Positions 7,575 to 15,597 of a stretch of 16,142 bases of DNA are shown here, one piece after another. The DNA is from Candidatus Geohabitans tengchongensis. Lineage in GTDB: Bacteria; Sysuimicrobiota; Sysuimicrobiia; Sysuimicrobiales; Humicultoraceae. Position 1 is the stretch's first letter, and each line of letters begins with the position of its first letter. Made by a program: the position numbers and the translations under genes. The notes below the pieces were generated by a model. It was not told the DNA's origin. It searched no databases and worked only from the letters and a program-made list of their open reading frames with translations. The stretch lies in assembly GCA_031459625.1 (NCBI GenBank), contig JAVKIH010000003.1:48959-65100 (forward strand), read 5' to 3'.

Positions 7575-9515
7575 ATGGACCCTCCCGGCTTCGTCATCGG
7601 CACGGCCGGCCACATCGACCACGGCAAGAGCACGCTGGTCAAGGCCCTCACGGGGATCGATCCGGACCGCCTGGAGGAGGAGCGGCGCCGGGGCATGACC
7701 ATCGACCTCGGCTTCGCCCACCTCGACCTGCCCAGCGGCCGGCGCGTGGGCATCGTGGACGTGCCGGGGCACGAGCGCCTCGTCCGGAACATGCTGGCGG
7801 GCGCGGGCGGGCTGGACGCCGTGCTACTGGTGGTCGCCACCGACGAAGGGGTGATGCCGCAGACCCGGGAGCACCTGGACATCCTACGCTTCCTGCGGGT
7901 GCCCCGGGGCGTCGTCGTGCTGACGAAGGTCGACCTGGTCCCCGATGCGGAGTGGCTGGCCGCGGTGGAGGCGGAGGTGGCGGAGCTCGTCCGGGGGACC
8001 TTCCTCGAGACCGCGCCGCGGCTGCGGGTCTCCGCCCGCACGGGGGAGGGCCTGGACCGCCTGGTGGACGCGCTCGACCGCCTCCTGGACGCGGTCCCCC
8101 GGCGTCCCGTGGACGGGCCGGTGCGGCTGCCCGTGGACCGGGTCTTCACGATGCCCGGCTTCGGTACGGTGGTCACCGGCACCCTGTGGAGCGGGCGGGT
8201 GCGCGCCGGTGACCTCCTCGAGGTGCTGCCGGGTGGGGAGCGCGTGCGCGTCCGGCAGGTGCAGCGCCACGGGGCGCCGGTGGAGGTCGCGCTGGCCGGT
8301 TCCCGCACCGCCCTCAACCTCAGCGGGATTGAGCGGGAGCGGCTCGAGCGCGGCGTGGTCCTGGCGACCCCCGGCACCTTCACCCCCGCGTCCTTGCTGG
8401 ACGCGCGGCTGCGGCTGCTGCCCGGCGTCCCGCCCTTGGGACACCTGGCGCGGATCCGCGTCTACCTGGGCACGGCGGAAGTCCTCGCCCGGGTCGCGTT
8501 GCTTGACCGCGACCAGCTCCGGCCCGGGGAGGAGGCGCCGGTGCAGCTGCGCCTGGAAGGGCCGCTCGTGGCCGCGCGGGGGGACGCCTTCGTCGTCCGG
8601 CGCTACTCGCCGCCGCTGACGCTCGGGGGCGGCGAGGTGGTGACGGTGAACCCGCCGAAACGCCGCCGTGGGCCGGCCGCTGCGAGGGAGGTGGCGGCGC
8701 TGGCCCAGGCGGACCTGGGGGAGGTGGTGCGCGGGGCCGTGGCCGCGTCCGGCCTGGCCGGCGCGACCGTCGAGGACCTCCTGCCGCGGCTGGGCGAGTC
8801 CCGCGGGCGCGTCGCGGAGGAGGTGGCGCGTCTCGTCGGCCTGGGGAGCCTCCTGCAGGTCCGGGAGCGGTACTTCGACGCCGCGCTCGTGGCGGCGGCG
8901 GAGGACCGGCTGCGAGCCCTGGTGGCGGCGACGCACACGGCCACGCCCTGGCGCCTGGGAGTGCCGCGGGAGGAAGCCCGCGCCCGCGCGTTTGCGGGGG
9001 CCGACGACCGGCTCTTCGGGGCCGTGCTGGAGCGGCTGGTGGCTGCGGGTCGCCTGGCGCTGACGCGGGGCTTCGTCCACGAGCCGCAGCACGTGCCGCG
9101 GTACACGCCCGAAGAGGCAGCGGTGCGTCAGGCGGTGCTGGAGCGCCTCCGCGCCGGCCGCTACGCCCCGCCGACCCTCGAGGAGGTCCGGAGCGCGCTG
9201 GGAGCACCCGCCGACCTGGTCGACCGCATGGCGCAGTCGCTGGTCGAGGCCGGCGAGCTGGTGGAGGTGGCGCCCGGGGTGATGGTCCCGTCAGACGTTC
9301 TGGCCGACGTGCGGCGGGAGGTAGTGGAGCACATCGCTGCCGCGGGGTCGATCACGGTCGCCGAGCTGCGCGACCGGCTGGGGACGAGCCGGAAGTACGC
9401 GCTGGCACTCCTGGAGTACCTGGACGCCACGCGGGTGACCCGCCGCACCGGAGACCGCCGGGTGCTCGCCGGGCACCAGGCGAGGACGGCCGGGGCGGTG
9501 GAGAGGCGCGGGTAG
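7575..9515 (+). CDS. selB: Selenocysteine-specific translation elongation factor
   Basis: [52 protein letters not shown] and the C-terminal SECIS-binding winged helix [16 protein letters not shown]. It follows selA. Confidence 0.97.
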   Translation: MDPPGFVIGTAGHIDHGKSTLVKALTGIDPDRLEEERRRGMTIDLGFAHLDLPSGRRVGIVDVPGHERLVRNMLAGAGGLDAVLLVVATDEGVMPQTREHLDILRFLRVPRGVVVLTKVDLVPDAEWLAAVEAEVAELVRGTFLETAPRLRVSARTGEGLDRLVDALDRLLDAVPRRPVDGPVRLPVDRVFTMPGFGTVVTGTLWSGRVRAGDLLEVLPGGERVRVRQVQRHGAPVEVALAGSRTALNLSGIERERLERGVVLATPGTFTPASLLDARLRLLPGVPPLGHLARIRVYLGTAEVLARVALLDRDQLRPGEEAPVQLRLEGPLVAARGDAFVVRRYSPPLTLGGGEVVTVNPPKRRRGPAAAREVAALAQADLGEVVRGAVAASGLAGATVEDLLPRLGESRGRVAEEVARLVGLGSLLQVRERYFDAALVAAAEDRLRALVAATHTATPWRLGVPREEARARAFAGADDRLFGAVLERLVAAGRLALTRGFVHEPQHVPRYTPEEAAVRQAVLERLRAGRYAPPTLEEVRSALGAPADLVDRMAQSLVEAGELVEVAPGVMVPSDVLADVRREVVEHIAAAGSITVAELRDRLGTSRKYALALLEYLDATRVTRRTGDRRVLAGHQARTAGAVERRG

Positions 9516-9544
9516 GGCTTCCCGTCTCCTGCGGGGCTTCGACC

Positions 9545-10756
9545 TTACTGCGGGGCTTCCACCGCCATCCCCGTCACCCGCCAGGTCACTGACCACTGCG
9601 TCCCCGGCCCCATGCACGCGCCGGGCGGCCCCTCCAGGGCGATGGGCACCTCCACGCTGGCTCCGGGGTCGAGCGCGGGGATGGAGATCGTCCCCCGCCG
9701 AGCGTCGGTGAAGGTGGTGCGCTGCGGTGTGGGCAGCGGCGCCGGCGGCGGCGGAGGCGGTGGCTGGGACCAGATGACGCAGGTCCCCTGGAGTTCGAGG
9801 GCGATGGTGAGCCCGGTGACCCGCAGGGCGCTGCGGTTGGTGACCACGGCCACCGTGCCGCCCGGCCGCCCCTCCGGGTTGGGAGGGATGGTCACCTCGA
9901 GCTGGCGCTCCACCACCGCGGCGAACTGCCGGACGTCACGGATCTCGGTCACCGCCTCGGCCAGCGCCCGGGCGGGGCGGTTCATGCTGCGCACCACCAC
10001 CCGCACCTTCTGGACCACCTGGTCGAGGGTCAACCGTTCCTCGAACGCGCCCGTGCGGCCCAGCCCGATGGGGTTGGGGACGACCGGGACCGAGCCGGTG
10101 GCCACGGGGCGGTCTCCCGGACCGAGCAGGGTGATCTCCACGAAGAGGGCCTGCGGGGCGCCCGCGTTGCGGACGCGCCCTGAGACCACGAACGTGTTGC
10201 CCTCGGTGCGGCCGGTGAGCTCGACCACGGTGACCTCCGCCTCCGCCCCGGCGGCCCCCGGCGCGGGCGTGGCAGGCGGTGCCGCCGCCGACGGGGGAGC
10301 GGCGGTGCGGGAGAAGACCTCGATCTGTCGGACCCGTCCGGCGACGACCAGGAACTCCACGCCCTCGAAGGGGAAGATGAGACGCTCCCCCTCGACGGCC
10401 CGGGCCCGCACCCACCCCACGGTGCGCGGGTAGGCGGCAACGGCCCGCTGCTCAGGATCGCCGATGGCCACTCCGCGGGCGGTCGCGCACCCCGCCTGGC
10501 GCGTGGCCACGCGCTGGACGACCCCGCGGACGGCGGTGAGGCGGTAGATGGCCCCGGCGAACTGGTAGACGGTCTCCGTTCCCCTGATCACCTGGGCCAC
10601 GGGGCGGCCGGCATCGGCGAGGGCCCGGGCAATGGGGCTCCCGATCCGCACCCCGCCCACCCCGACACCCTCCTGGACGACACACGGGGCCGCTCCCGTC
10701 CCCGCCGGGGCGGGGACGAGGAGGAGAGCCAGCACCACGCCGAGCACGCCACGCAT
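9545..10756 (-). CDS. Secreted hypothetical protein (signal peptide, repeated alpha/beta domain, two Ig-like FxLYD/CARDB-type domains)
   Basis: ATG 10756 lies 6 nt after GGAGG. Signal peptide MRGVLGVVLALLLVPAPAGTGA, repeated GVRIGS/GVAIGD motifs, a Pro/Ala linker, then VSGRVRNAG...LGRTGAF and VVTNRS...LDPGASVEV beta-sandwich patterns. Confidence 0.7.
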   Translation of the reverse strand: MRGVLGVVLALLLVPAPAGTGAAPCVVQEGVGVGGVRIGSPIARALADAGRPVAQVIRGTETVYQFAGAIYRLTAVRGVVQRVATRQAGCATARGVAIGDPEQRAVAAYPRTVGWVRARAVEGERLIFPFEGVEFLVVAGRVRQIEVFSRTAAPPSAAAPPATPAPGAAGAEAEVTVVELTGRTEGNTFVVSGRVRNAGAPQALFVEITLLGPGDRPVATGSVPVVPNPIGLGRTGAFEERLTLDQVVQKVRVVVRSMNRPARALAEAVTEIRDVRQFAAVVERQLEVTIPPNPEGRPGGTVAVVTNRSALRVTGLTIALELQGTCVIWSQPPPPPPPAPLPTPQRTTFTDARRGTISIPALDPGASVEVPIALEGPPGACMGPGTQWSVTWRVTGMAVEAPQ

Positions 10757-10920
10757 CGACATCCTCCAGGGGAAGCGCGGGAGGGCTGTCCGCGCAGAGT
10801 GGGAGCGCGGAAAGGGCGGCCCCGGCTTCCCAGCCTGATTCCCACCCCTCCCGGGGAGTTCCTGCCCCCCGGGGGCCCTGGCACAGACCTCCACCGCCCC
10901 CTTGTAGTATGGTCGTTTTC

Positions 10921-11015
10921 GGAGGGCAGCGTCCGCCGGTGCGGGCCCCGGTCTTCAAAACCGGTGGGAGGCTCGTGGAGTCTCCGGTGGGTTCGACTCC
11001 CACGGCCCTCCGCCA
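10921..11015 (+). tRNA. selC: tRNA-Sec (anticodon UCA)
   Basis: Acceptor GGAGGGC(A)/(G)GCCCTCC with discriminator G and encoded CCA; 6-bp D stem GTCCGC/GCGGGC with 4-nt loop; anticodon arm CCGGT-CTTCAAA-ACCGG (TCA at 10955-10957); long variable arm GGAGGCTC/GAGTCTCC; T arm GTGGG-TTCGACT-CCCAC. Length is 95 nt, close to selA/selB. Confidence 0.97.
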
Positions 11016-11123
11016 CCCGGCGCAGAGCACCGGCGGCTGGAGCAGGAGGGGGACGGGAGGTCCGCGTATGCCCTGGGGCATGGAGGCGGCGGCGGCCGCA
11101 CGATCGGCCACCGCCGGAACGCC

Positions 11124-12065
11124 GTGAGGTCGGCCACCACCGTTGCCCGGCCGTTCGCGGACGTGCTGGCCCAGGGGCGGCGCTGGGTGCGGCGCGAGGC
11201 CGTCCTGGGCCCGCTGCTGGTCCTGCCCGCCTTCCTCTACGTCGGCCTGCTGGTCGGCTTCCCCTTCCTCTTCGCCATCTACCTCAGCCTGACCGACGCC
11301 ACGACCGGGAACCCCTACGGCACGTTCATCGGGCTGCGCAACTACGCCGAGATCGTGCAGGACCGCGTCTTCCGCCAGGCGCTGCGCAACACCTTCCTCT
11401 TCACCCTCACCGCCCAGGCCGCGGTGATCGTCCTGGCCAACATCCTGGCCCGCGCGCTGCACGCCACGCGGCGCGGCCGCGGGGTCGTCCTCTTCCTCGT
11501 CCTCCTCCCCTGGGTGGCGCCGGTCTCCCTGGCGACGATCGGCTGGCTGTGGATCCTCCACGCCCGCTTCAGCATCGTCGACTGGCTGCTCTGGCAGGTG
11601 GGGCTGCTGCCGCGGCACACCAACATGTTCTGGCTGGGGCGGCCCGACCTGGCCATGGGCTCGGTCATCGTCGTCCACGTCTGGCGGATGCTGCCGTTCG
11701 CCACCGTGGTGCTGCTGGCCGGGCTCACCTCCCTCCCGCGCGACCTGCTGGACCAGGCCCTGGTGGACGGCGCGGGGTTCTGGCGGCGGCTCGTCCACGT
11801 CCAGCTGCCGCTCCTGCTGCCCATCCTCAGCGTGGCCCTGCTCTTCGGGACGATCTTCACCTTCACCGACATGGCCGTGGTCTACGTCCTCACCCGCGGG
11901 GGGCCGTTCGACACCACGCAGGTGCTCTCCAGCCTGGCCTTCTTCAAGGGCATCGTCGGCGGCAACCTGAGCGTGGGGGCGAGCATCTCCCTCTTCCTCT
12001 TCCCGGTGCTCTTCGCCACGGCCGTGCTGATGCTGCGCCTGGCCCGCCGGGCGGAGGTGGCGTGA
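11124..12065 (+). CDS. Carbohydrate (CUT1) ABC transporter permease, MalF/UgpA-like
   Basis: Multiple transmembrane helices, FIGLRNY, LRNTFLF, LLPW, EAA-like motif LPRDLLDQALVDGAGFWRR and LTRGGP. The start codon is uncertain. Confidence 0.92.
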   Translation: MRSATTVARPFADVLAQGRRWVRREAVLGPLLVLPAFLYVGLLVGFPFLFAIYLSLTDATTGNPYGTFIGLRNYAEIVQDRVFRQALRNTFLFTLTAQAAVIVLANILARALHATRRGRGVVLFLVLLPWVAPVSLATIGWLWILHARFSIVDWLLWQVGLLPRHTNMFWLGRPDLAMGSVIVVHVWRMLPFATVVLLAGLTSLPRDLLDQALVDGAGFWRRLVHVQLPLLLPILSVALLFGTIFTFTDMAVVYVLTRGGPFDTTQVLSSLAFFKGIVGGNLSVGASISLFLFPVLFATAVLMLRLARRAEVA

Positions 12066-12919
12066 TGCGCCTGGGCCGGCGCTGGCGGGCGCTGCTGCGG
12101 GACGGGGGCCGGTGGGCGGTGCTGACCGCCTTCGCCGTCTTCGCCGCCTTCCCGTTCGCCTGGATGGGCATCACCGCTTTCAAGCGCAACTCCGACCTCT
12201 ACAACCCGGCCAACAACCCCTTCTGGTTCAACGAGCCGCCGACCCTCGAGCACCTGCGCTACGTTTTCCACAACACCATGTACGCCCACTGGATCACCAA
12301 CACGGCGATGGTGGGCGTCGCCGTGGTCGCCCTCACGCTGCTGCTGGCGTTGCCGGCCGGGTACAGCCTGGCTCGCTTCCTCGGGGCATGGGGGACCCGG
12401 CTCGGCATCAGCATCTTCCTCGTCTACCTGGTGCCGCCGACGCTGCTCTTCATCCCGCTGGCCCGGGTGGTCAGCGAGCTGGGGCTGCAGAACACCATCT
12501 GGGCCCTCGTCGTCGTCTACCCGACGATCACCGTCCCCTTCGCCACCTGGCTGCTCATGGGGTTCTTCAAGTCCATCCCCCGGGAGCTGGAGGAGCAGGC
12601 CCTGGTGGACGGCTACAGCCGGGCGGGAGCCTTCCTGCGCATCACCCTGCCGCTGGCCGTCCCCGGCATCGTGGCGGTGACGATCTTCAGCTTCACCATC
12701 TCGGCCCAGGAGTTCGTCTACGCCCTCACCTTCGTCACCAGTACCGCCCGCAAGACCGTCAGCGTGGGCGTGCCGGCGGACATGGTGCGGGGCGACATCT
12801 TCGACTGGGGGCCGCTGATGGCGTCCGCCTTCCTGGCGAGCGTCCCGGTGGCGGCCCTCTACTACTTCGTCCTGGACAAGTTCGTGTCGGGGTTCACCAC
12901 GGCCGGGGCGATCCGGTGA
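12065..12919 (+). CDS. Carbohydrate (CUT1) ABC transporter permease, MalG/UgpE-like
   Basis: Starts at the TGATG overlap with the upstream permease. FPFAWMGITAFK, PTLEHLRYVF, EAA loop SIPRELEEQALVDG, LPLAVPGI and C-terminal FVSGFTTAGAIR. Confidence 0.93.
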   Translation: MRLGRRWRALLRDGGRWAVLTAFAVFAAFPFAWMGITAFKRNSDLYNPANNPFWFNEPPTLEHLRYVFHNTMYAHWITNTAMVGVAVVALTLLLALPAGYSLARFLGAWGTRLGISIFLVYLVPPTLLFIPLARVVSELGLQNTIWALVVVYPTITVPFATWLLMGFFKSIPRELEEQALVDGYSRAGAFLRITLPLAVPGIVAVTIFSFTISAQEFVYALTFVTSTARKTVSVGVPADMVRGDIFDWGPLMASAFLASVPVAALYYFVLDKFVSGFTTAGAIR

Positions 12920-12979
12920 GCCCGGCCTGAGGCCACGGAGCACGGAAGAGGATGCCGAGGAGGAGAGGAGGGGAAGACG

Positions 12980-14539
12980 ATGGCAGACGGGCGCGAGGAG
13001 CGCATCTGGGTGCAGGTGGCCGACGGACGCTGGCGCCGGCTCACCCGTCGGGAGTTCCTCAAGCGCGCGGCGGGCGCCGCGGCGGTGGCCGGGCTGGGGC
13101 CGTACGTCCTCACGGAGCGGGCGGCGGCCCAGCCGGTGACGCTGCGCATCCTGCAGTGGCGCCACTTCGTCCCGCCCTACGACGAGTGGTTCGACCGCGT
13201 CTTCGCCCCCCGCTGGGGCGAGAAGAACAACGTGCGCGTGGTCGTGGAGCACATCGGCCTGGCGGAGATCCCCGCCGTGGCCGCTGGCGAGGCGTCGCGG
13301 GTGGCCGCCGGCGCCGACCCCGGCCACGACCTCATCCAGCACCTCACCCCGCCGGCGGCCCTGGAGAACCAGGTGGACACGGCCCTGCACCAGGAGGTCA
13401 TCGAAGAGCTGAAGCGCCGGGCCGGGACCTACATCCCGCTGGCGGAGAAGAGCACCTACAACCCGGTGACCCGCAAGTACTTCGGCGTCTCCGACAACTT
13501 CGTCCCCGACCCGATCCACTACCGGGCCGACCTGTGGCGGCAGGTCTCCGCCCGCCTCACCGGGGAGCAGCGGGTGCCGCTGCGCGGGCCCATCACCTGG
13601 GAGGACATCCGCAAGGCCGGCCGGGAGCTGAAGCGCCTGGGCCACCCGGTGGGGCTGGGGCTCTCCCAGGAGATCGACACCGGCATGTGGCTGCGGGCGT
13701 TGATGTACTCCTGGGGTACCTCGGAGCAGGATGAGGGCGGCAACGTCGTCCTGGACGTCCCGCCCTTCCGCCAGCGCACGCTGGACGCGCTGCGCTTCGT
13801 GAAGGCGCTCTACGAGGAGACGATGTTCCCCGGGGTCTTCGCCTGGACCGCCGCCTCCAACAACGAGGAGTTCCTGGCCGGGCGGATCTCCATCGCCGCC
13901 AATGCCATCTCCATCGCCCGCTCGGCCCAGGCGCTGGCCGCCGCCGCCATTCGCCGGGGCGAGAACCCCAACCAGTCGCCGGCGGTGCAGTTCGCCCGCA
14001 ACACCTGGATCACCGAGCGGGCCCCGCGGGGCCCGGAAGGGGCGCGCGGGCTGGAGCACGTCATGGGGGTCTACACCCTCTGGCGCAACCGTCCGCGCCC
14101 GGTGCGGGACGCCGCCCGGAAGTTCCTCATCGACCTGGTCCTGAGCTACGACCCGGACGTGGCGGCGCGCGAGGGGTGGCCGCCCGGGAAGTTCCACGCC
14201 AGCCAGGCCTACGACTACCCGACCTTCCTGAACGCCATCCCCAAGGCGAAGCGCCTGGCCTACCTGCGCGACGACCCCGTGAGCAAGGCGGCGGGGGACC
14301 GCAAGGACAAGCTGGTCACCATCGAGACCGCCTACGAGTGGGCGCACAACGTCGGGTGGCCGGGGCCGTCGAGTGCCGCCATCGACGAGGTCTTCAACAC
14401 CTGGATCATCAACACGATGTTCGCCCGCGTGGCCCAGGGCGTGGACACGCCGGAGCAGGCGCTCGCGGCCGCGGCGGCGCAGATCCGCCGCGTCTTCGCC
14501 AAGTGGCGCGACCAGGGGCTGGTGGGCGGACGGCGGTAG
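12980..14539 (+). CDS. Extracellular solute-binding protein (family 1) with a Tat signal peptide
   Basis: LTRREFLKRAAGAAAVAGLG...AAA|Q twin-arginine signal, TLRILQWRHFVP.YDEWF, YRADL, TWED and W...SNN..FLAG. A purine-rich SD lies upstream. Confidence 0.9.
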   Translation: MADGREERIWVQVADGRWRRLTRREFLKRAAGAAAVAGLGPYVLTERAAAQPVTLRILQWRHFVPPYDEWFDRVFAPRWGEKNNVRVVVEHIGLAEIPAVAAGEASRVAAGADPGHDLIQHLTPPAALENQVDTALHQEVIEELKRRAGTYIPLAEKSTYNPVTRKYFGVSDNFVPDPIHYRADLWRQVSARLTGEQRVPLRGPITWEDIRKAGRELKRLGHPVGLGLSQEIDTGMWLRALMYSWGTSEQDEGGNVVLDVPPFRQRTLDALRFVKALYEETMFPGVFAWTAASNNEEFLAGRISIAANAISIARSAQALAAAAIRRGENPNQSPAVQFARNTWITERAPRGPEGARGLEHVMGVYTLWRNRPRPVRDAARKFLIDLVLSYDPDVAAREGWPPGKFHASQAYDYPTFLNAIPKAKRLAYLRDDPVSKAAGDRKDKLVTIETAYEWAHNVGWPGPSSAAIDEVFNTWIINTMFARVAQGVDTPEQALAAAAAQIRRVFAKWRDQGLVGGRR

Positions 14540-14565
14540 ACGTCAGACCGATTCCCCCGGACCGT

Positions 14566-14604
14566 GGCGGTGGCCGGCCGCTCCAGAAGCGGCCGGCCGC
14601 CGCC
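14566..14604 (+). terminator. Long GC-rich stem-loop after the solute-binding protein gene (no U tract)
   Basis: GGCGGTGGCCGGCCGCT-CCAGA-AGCGGCCGGCCGCCGCC, a 17-bp stem with one G-U pair. Confidence 0.55.
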
Positions 14605-14628
14605 GTCCCGGTGGTATCCTGAGGGACG

Positions 14629-15585
14629 ATGCCGGAGCTGCGGATCGTCTCCCTCCTGCCCAGCGCCACGGAGATCGTCTGCGCGCTGGGGCTGGCCGAC
14701 GCCCTGGTGGGGATCTCCCACGACTGTGACTACCCGCCGGAGGTCCTGGACCGTCCCGTCCTGAGCCAGGCGGTCGTCGGGCCCGAGCTGCCCAGCGGGG
14801 CGATCGAGGAGGCGATCCGCGGTCAGGTCCACCGGGGCCTCAGCGTCTACCACCTCGACGCAGACGCGCTGGCCGCCCTGCGCCCCACCCTCATCCTCAC
14901 CCAGGAGCTGTGCCGCGTGTGCGCCCCCTCCTACACGCTCGTGCGCGAGGCGGCGCGCATCCTGGAGGGGGAGGTCCGCCTGGTCTCGCTGGAGCCGCGC
15001 ACGCTGGCCGAAATCATCGAGACCATCCGCCTGGTCGGTGAGCTCACCGACCGACGGGGGCAGGCCGAGGCCCTCGTGGGGCAGCTGCGCGCCCGCCTCG
15101 ACGCCGTGCGGGCGCAGGTGGCCGGTCGCCCCCGACCACGGGTGGCCTGCCTGGAGTGGCTTGACCCGCTCTATGCGGCAGGGCACTGGGTACCCGAGAT
15201 GGTGGAGGCCGCAGGGGGGGAGGACGTGCTGGGCCGTCCCGGCGAGCACGCCCGCGTGGTCGCCTGGGATGCCGTGCGCGCGGCCGCTCCCGAGGCGCTG
15301 GTGCTGATGCCCTGCGGCTTCGACGTGTCCCGCACGCGCAGAGAGGCCGCCCTGGTGGCCCGTCGGGCGGGCTGGGGAGAGGTGCCGGCGGTGCCGGCAG
15401 GACGGGTCTACGCGGTGAACGGGTCGGCCTTCTTCAACCGGCCCGGTCCGCGCATCGTGCGCGGGGTGGAGATCCTGGCCGGGCTCCTCCACCCGGAGGC
15501 CGCACCGGCCCCCGAGCCGGGGGAGGGGGAGCGCCTGGACCTCGCCGCCCTTGGGGCCGCCGCCAGACAGGGGAGCGGGGTATAG
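14629..15585 (+). CDS. BtuF/TroA-like (cobalamin/Fe-siderophore binding fold) protein without a signal peptide
   Basis: RIVSLLPSATEIVCALG, VGISHDCDYP, LRPTLILTQ, LEWLDP..AAGHWVPEM and FNRPGPRIVRGVEIL. Confidence 0.85.
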   Translation: MPELRIVSLLPSATEIVCALGLADALVGISHDCDYPPEVLDRPVLSQAVVGPELPSGAIEEAIRGQVHRGLSVYHLDADALAALRPTLILTQELCRVCAPSYTLVREAARILEGEVRLVSLEPRTLAEIIETIRLVGELTDRRGQAEALVGQLRARLDAVRAQVAGRPRPRVACLEWLDPLYAAGHWVPEMVEAAGGEDVLGRPGEHARVVAWDAVRAAAPEALVLMPCGFDVSRTRREAALVARRAGWGEVPAVPAGRVYAVNGSAFFNRPGPRIVRGVEILAGLLHPEAAPAPEPGEGERLDLAALGAAARQGSGV

Positions 15586-15597
15586 CCAGAACGGGGT

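Noticed and set aside
5787..7772. 661-aa antisense ORF over PHP/selA/selB
   Set aside because: Shadow ORF with low-complexity composition opposite conserved genes.
10879..10895. TGGCAC as a sigma54 -24 box for selC
   Set aside because: There is no TTGC -12 element at the required spacing.
10799..12064. Upstream part of the 706-aa ORF ending at 12919
   Set aside because: It runs through tRNA-Sec and the first permease in another frame. The real gene starts at ATG 12065.
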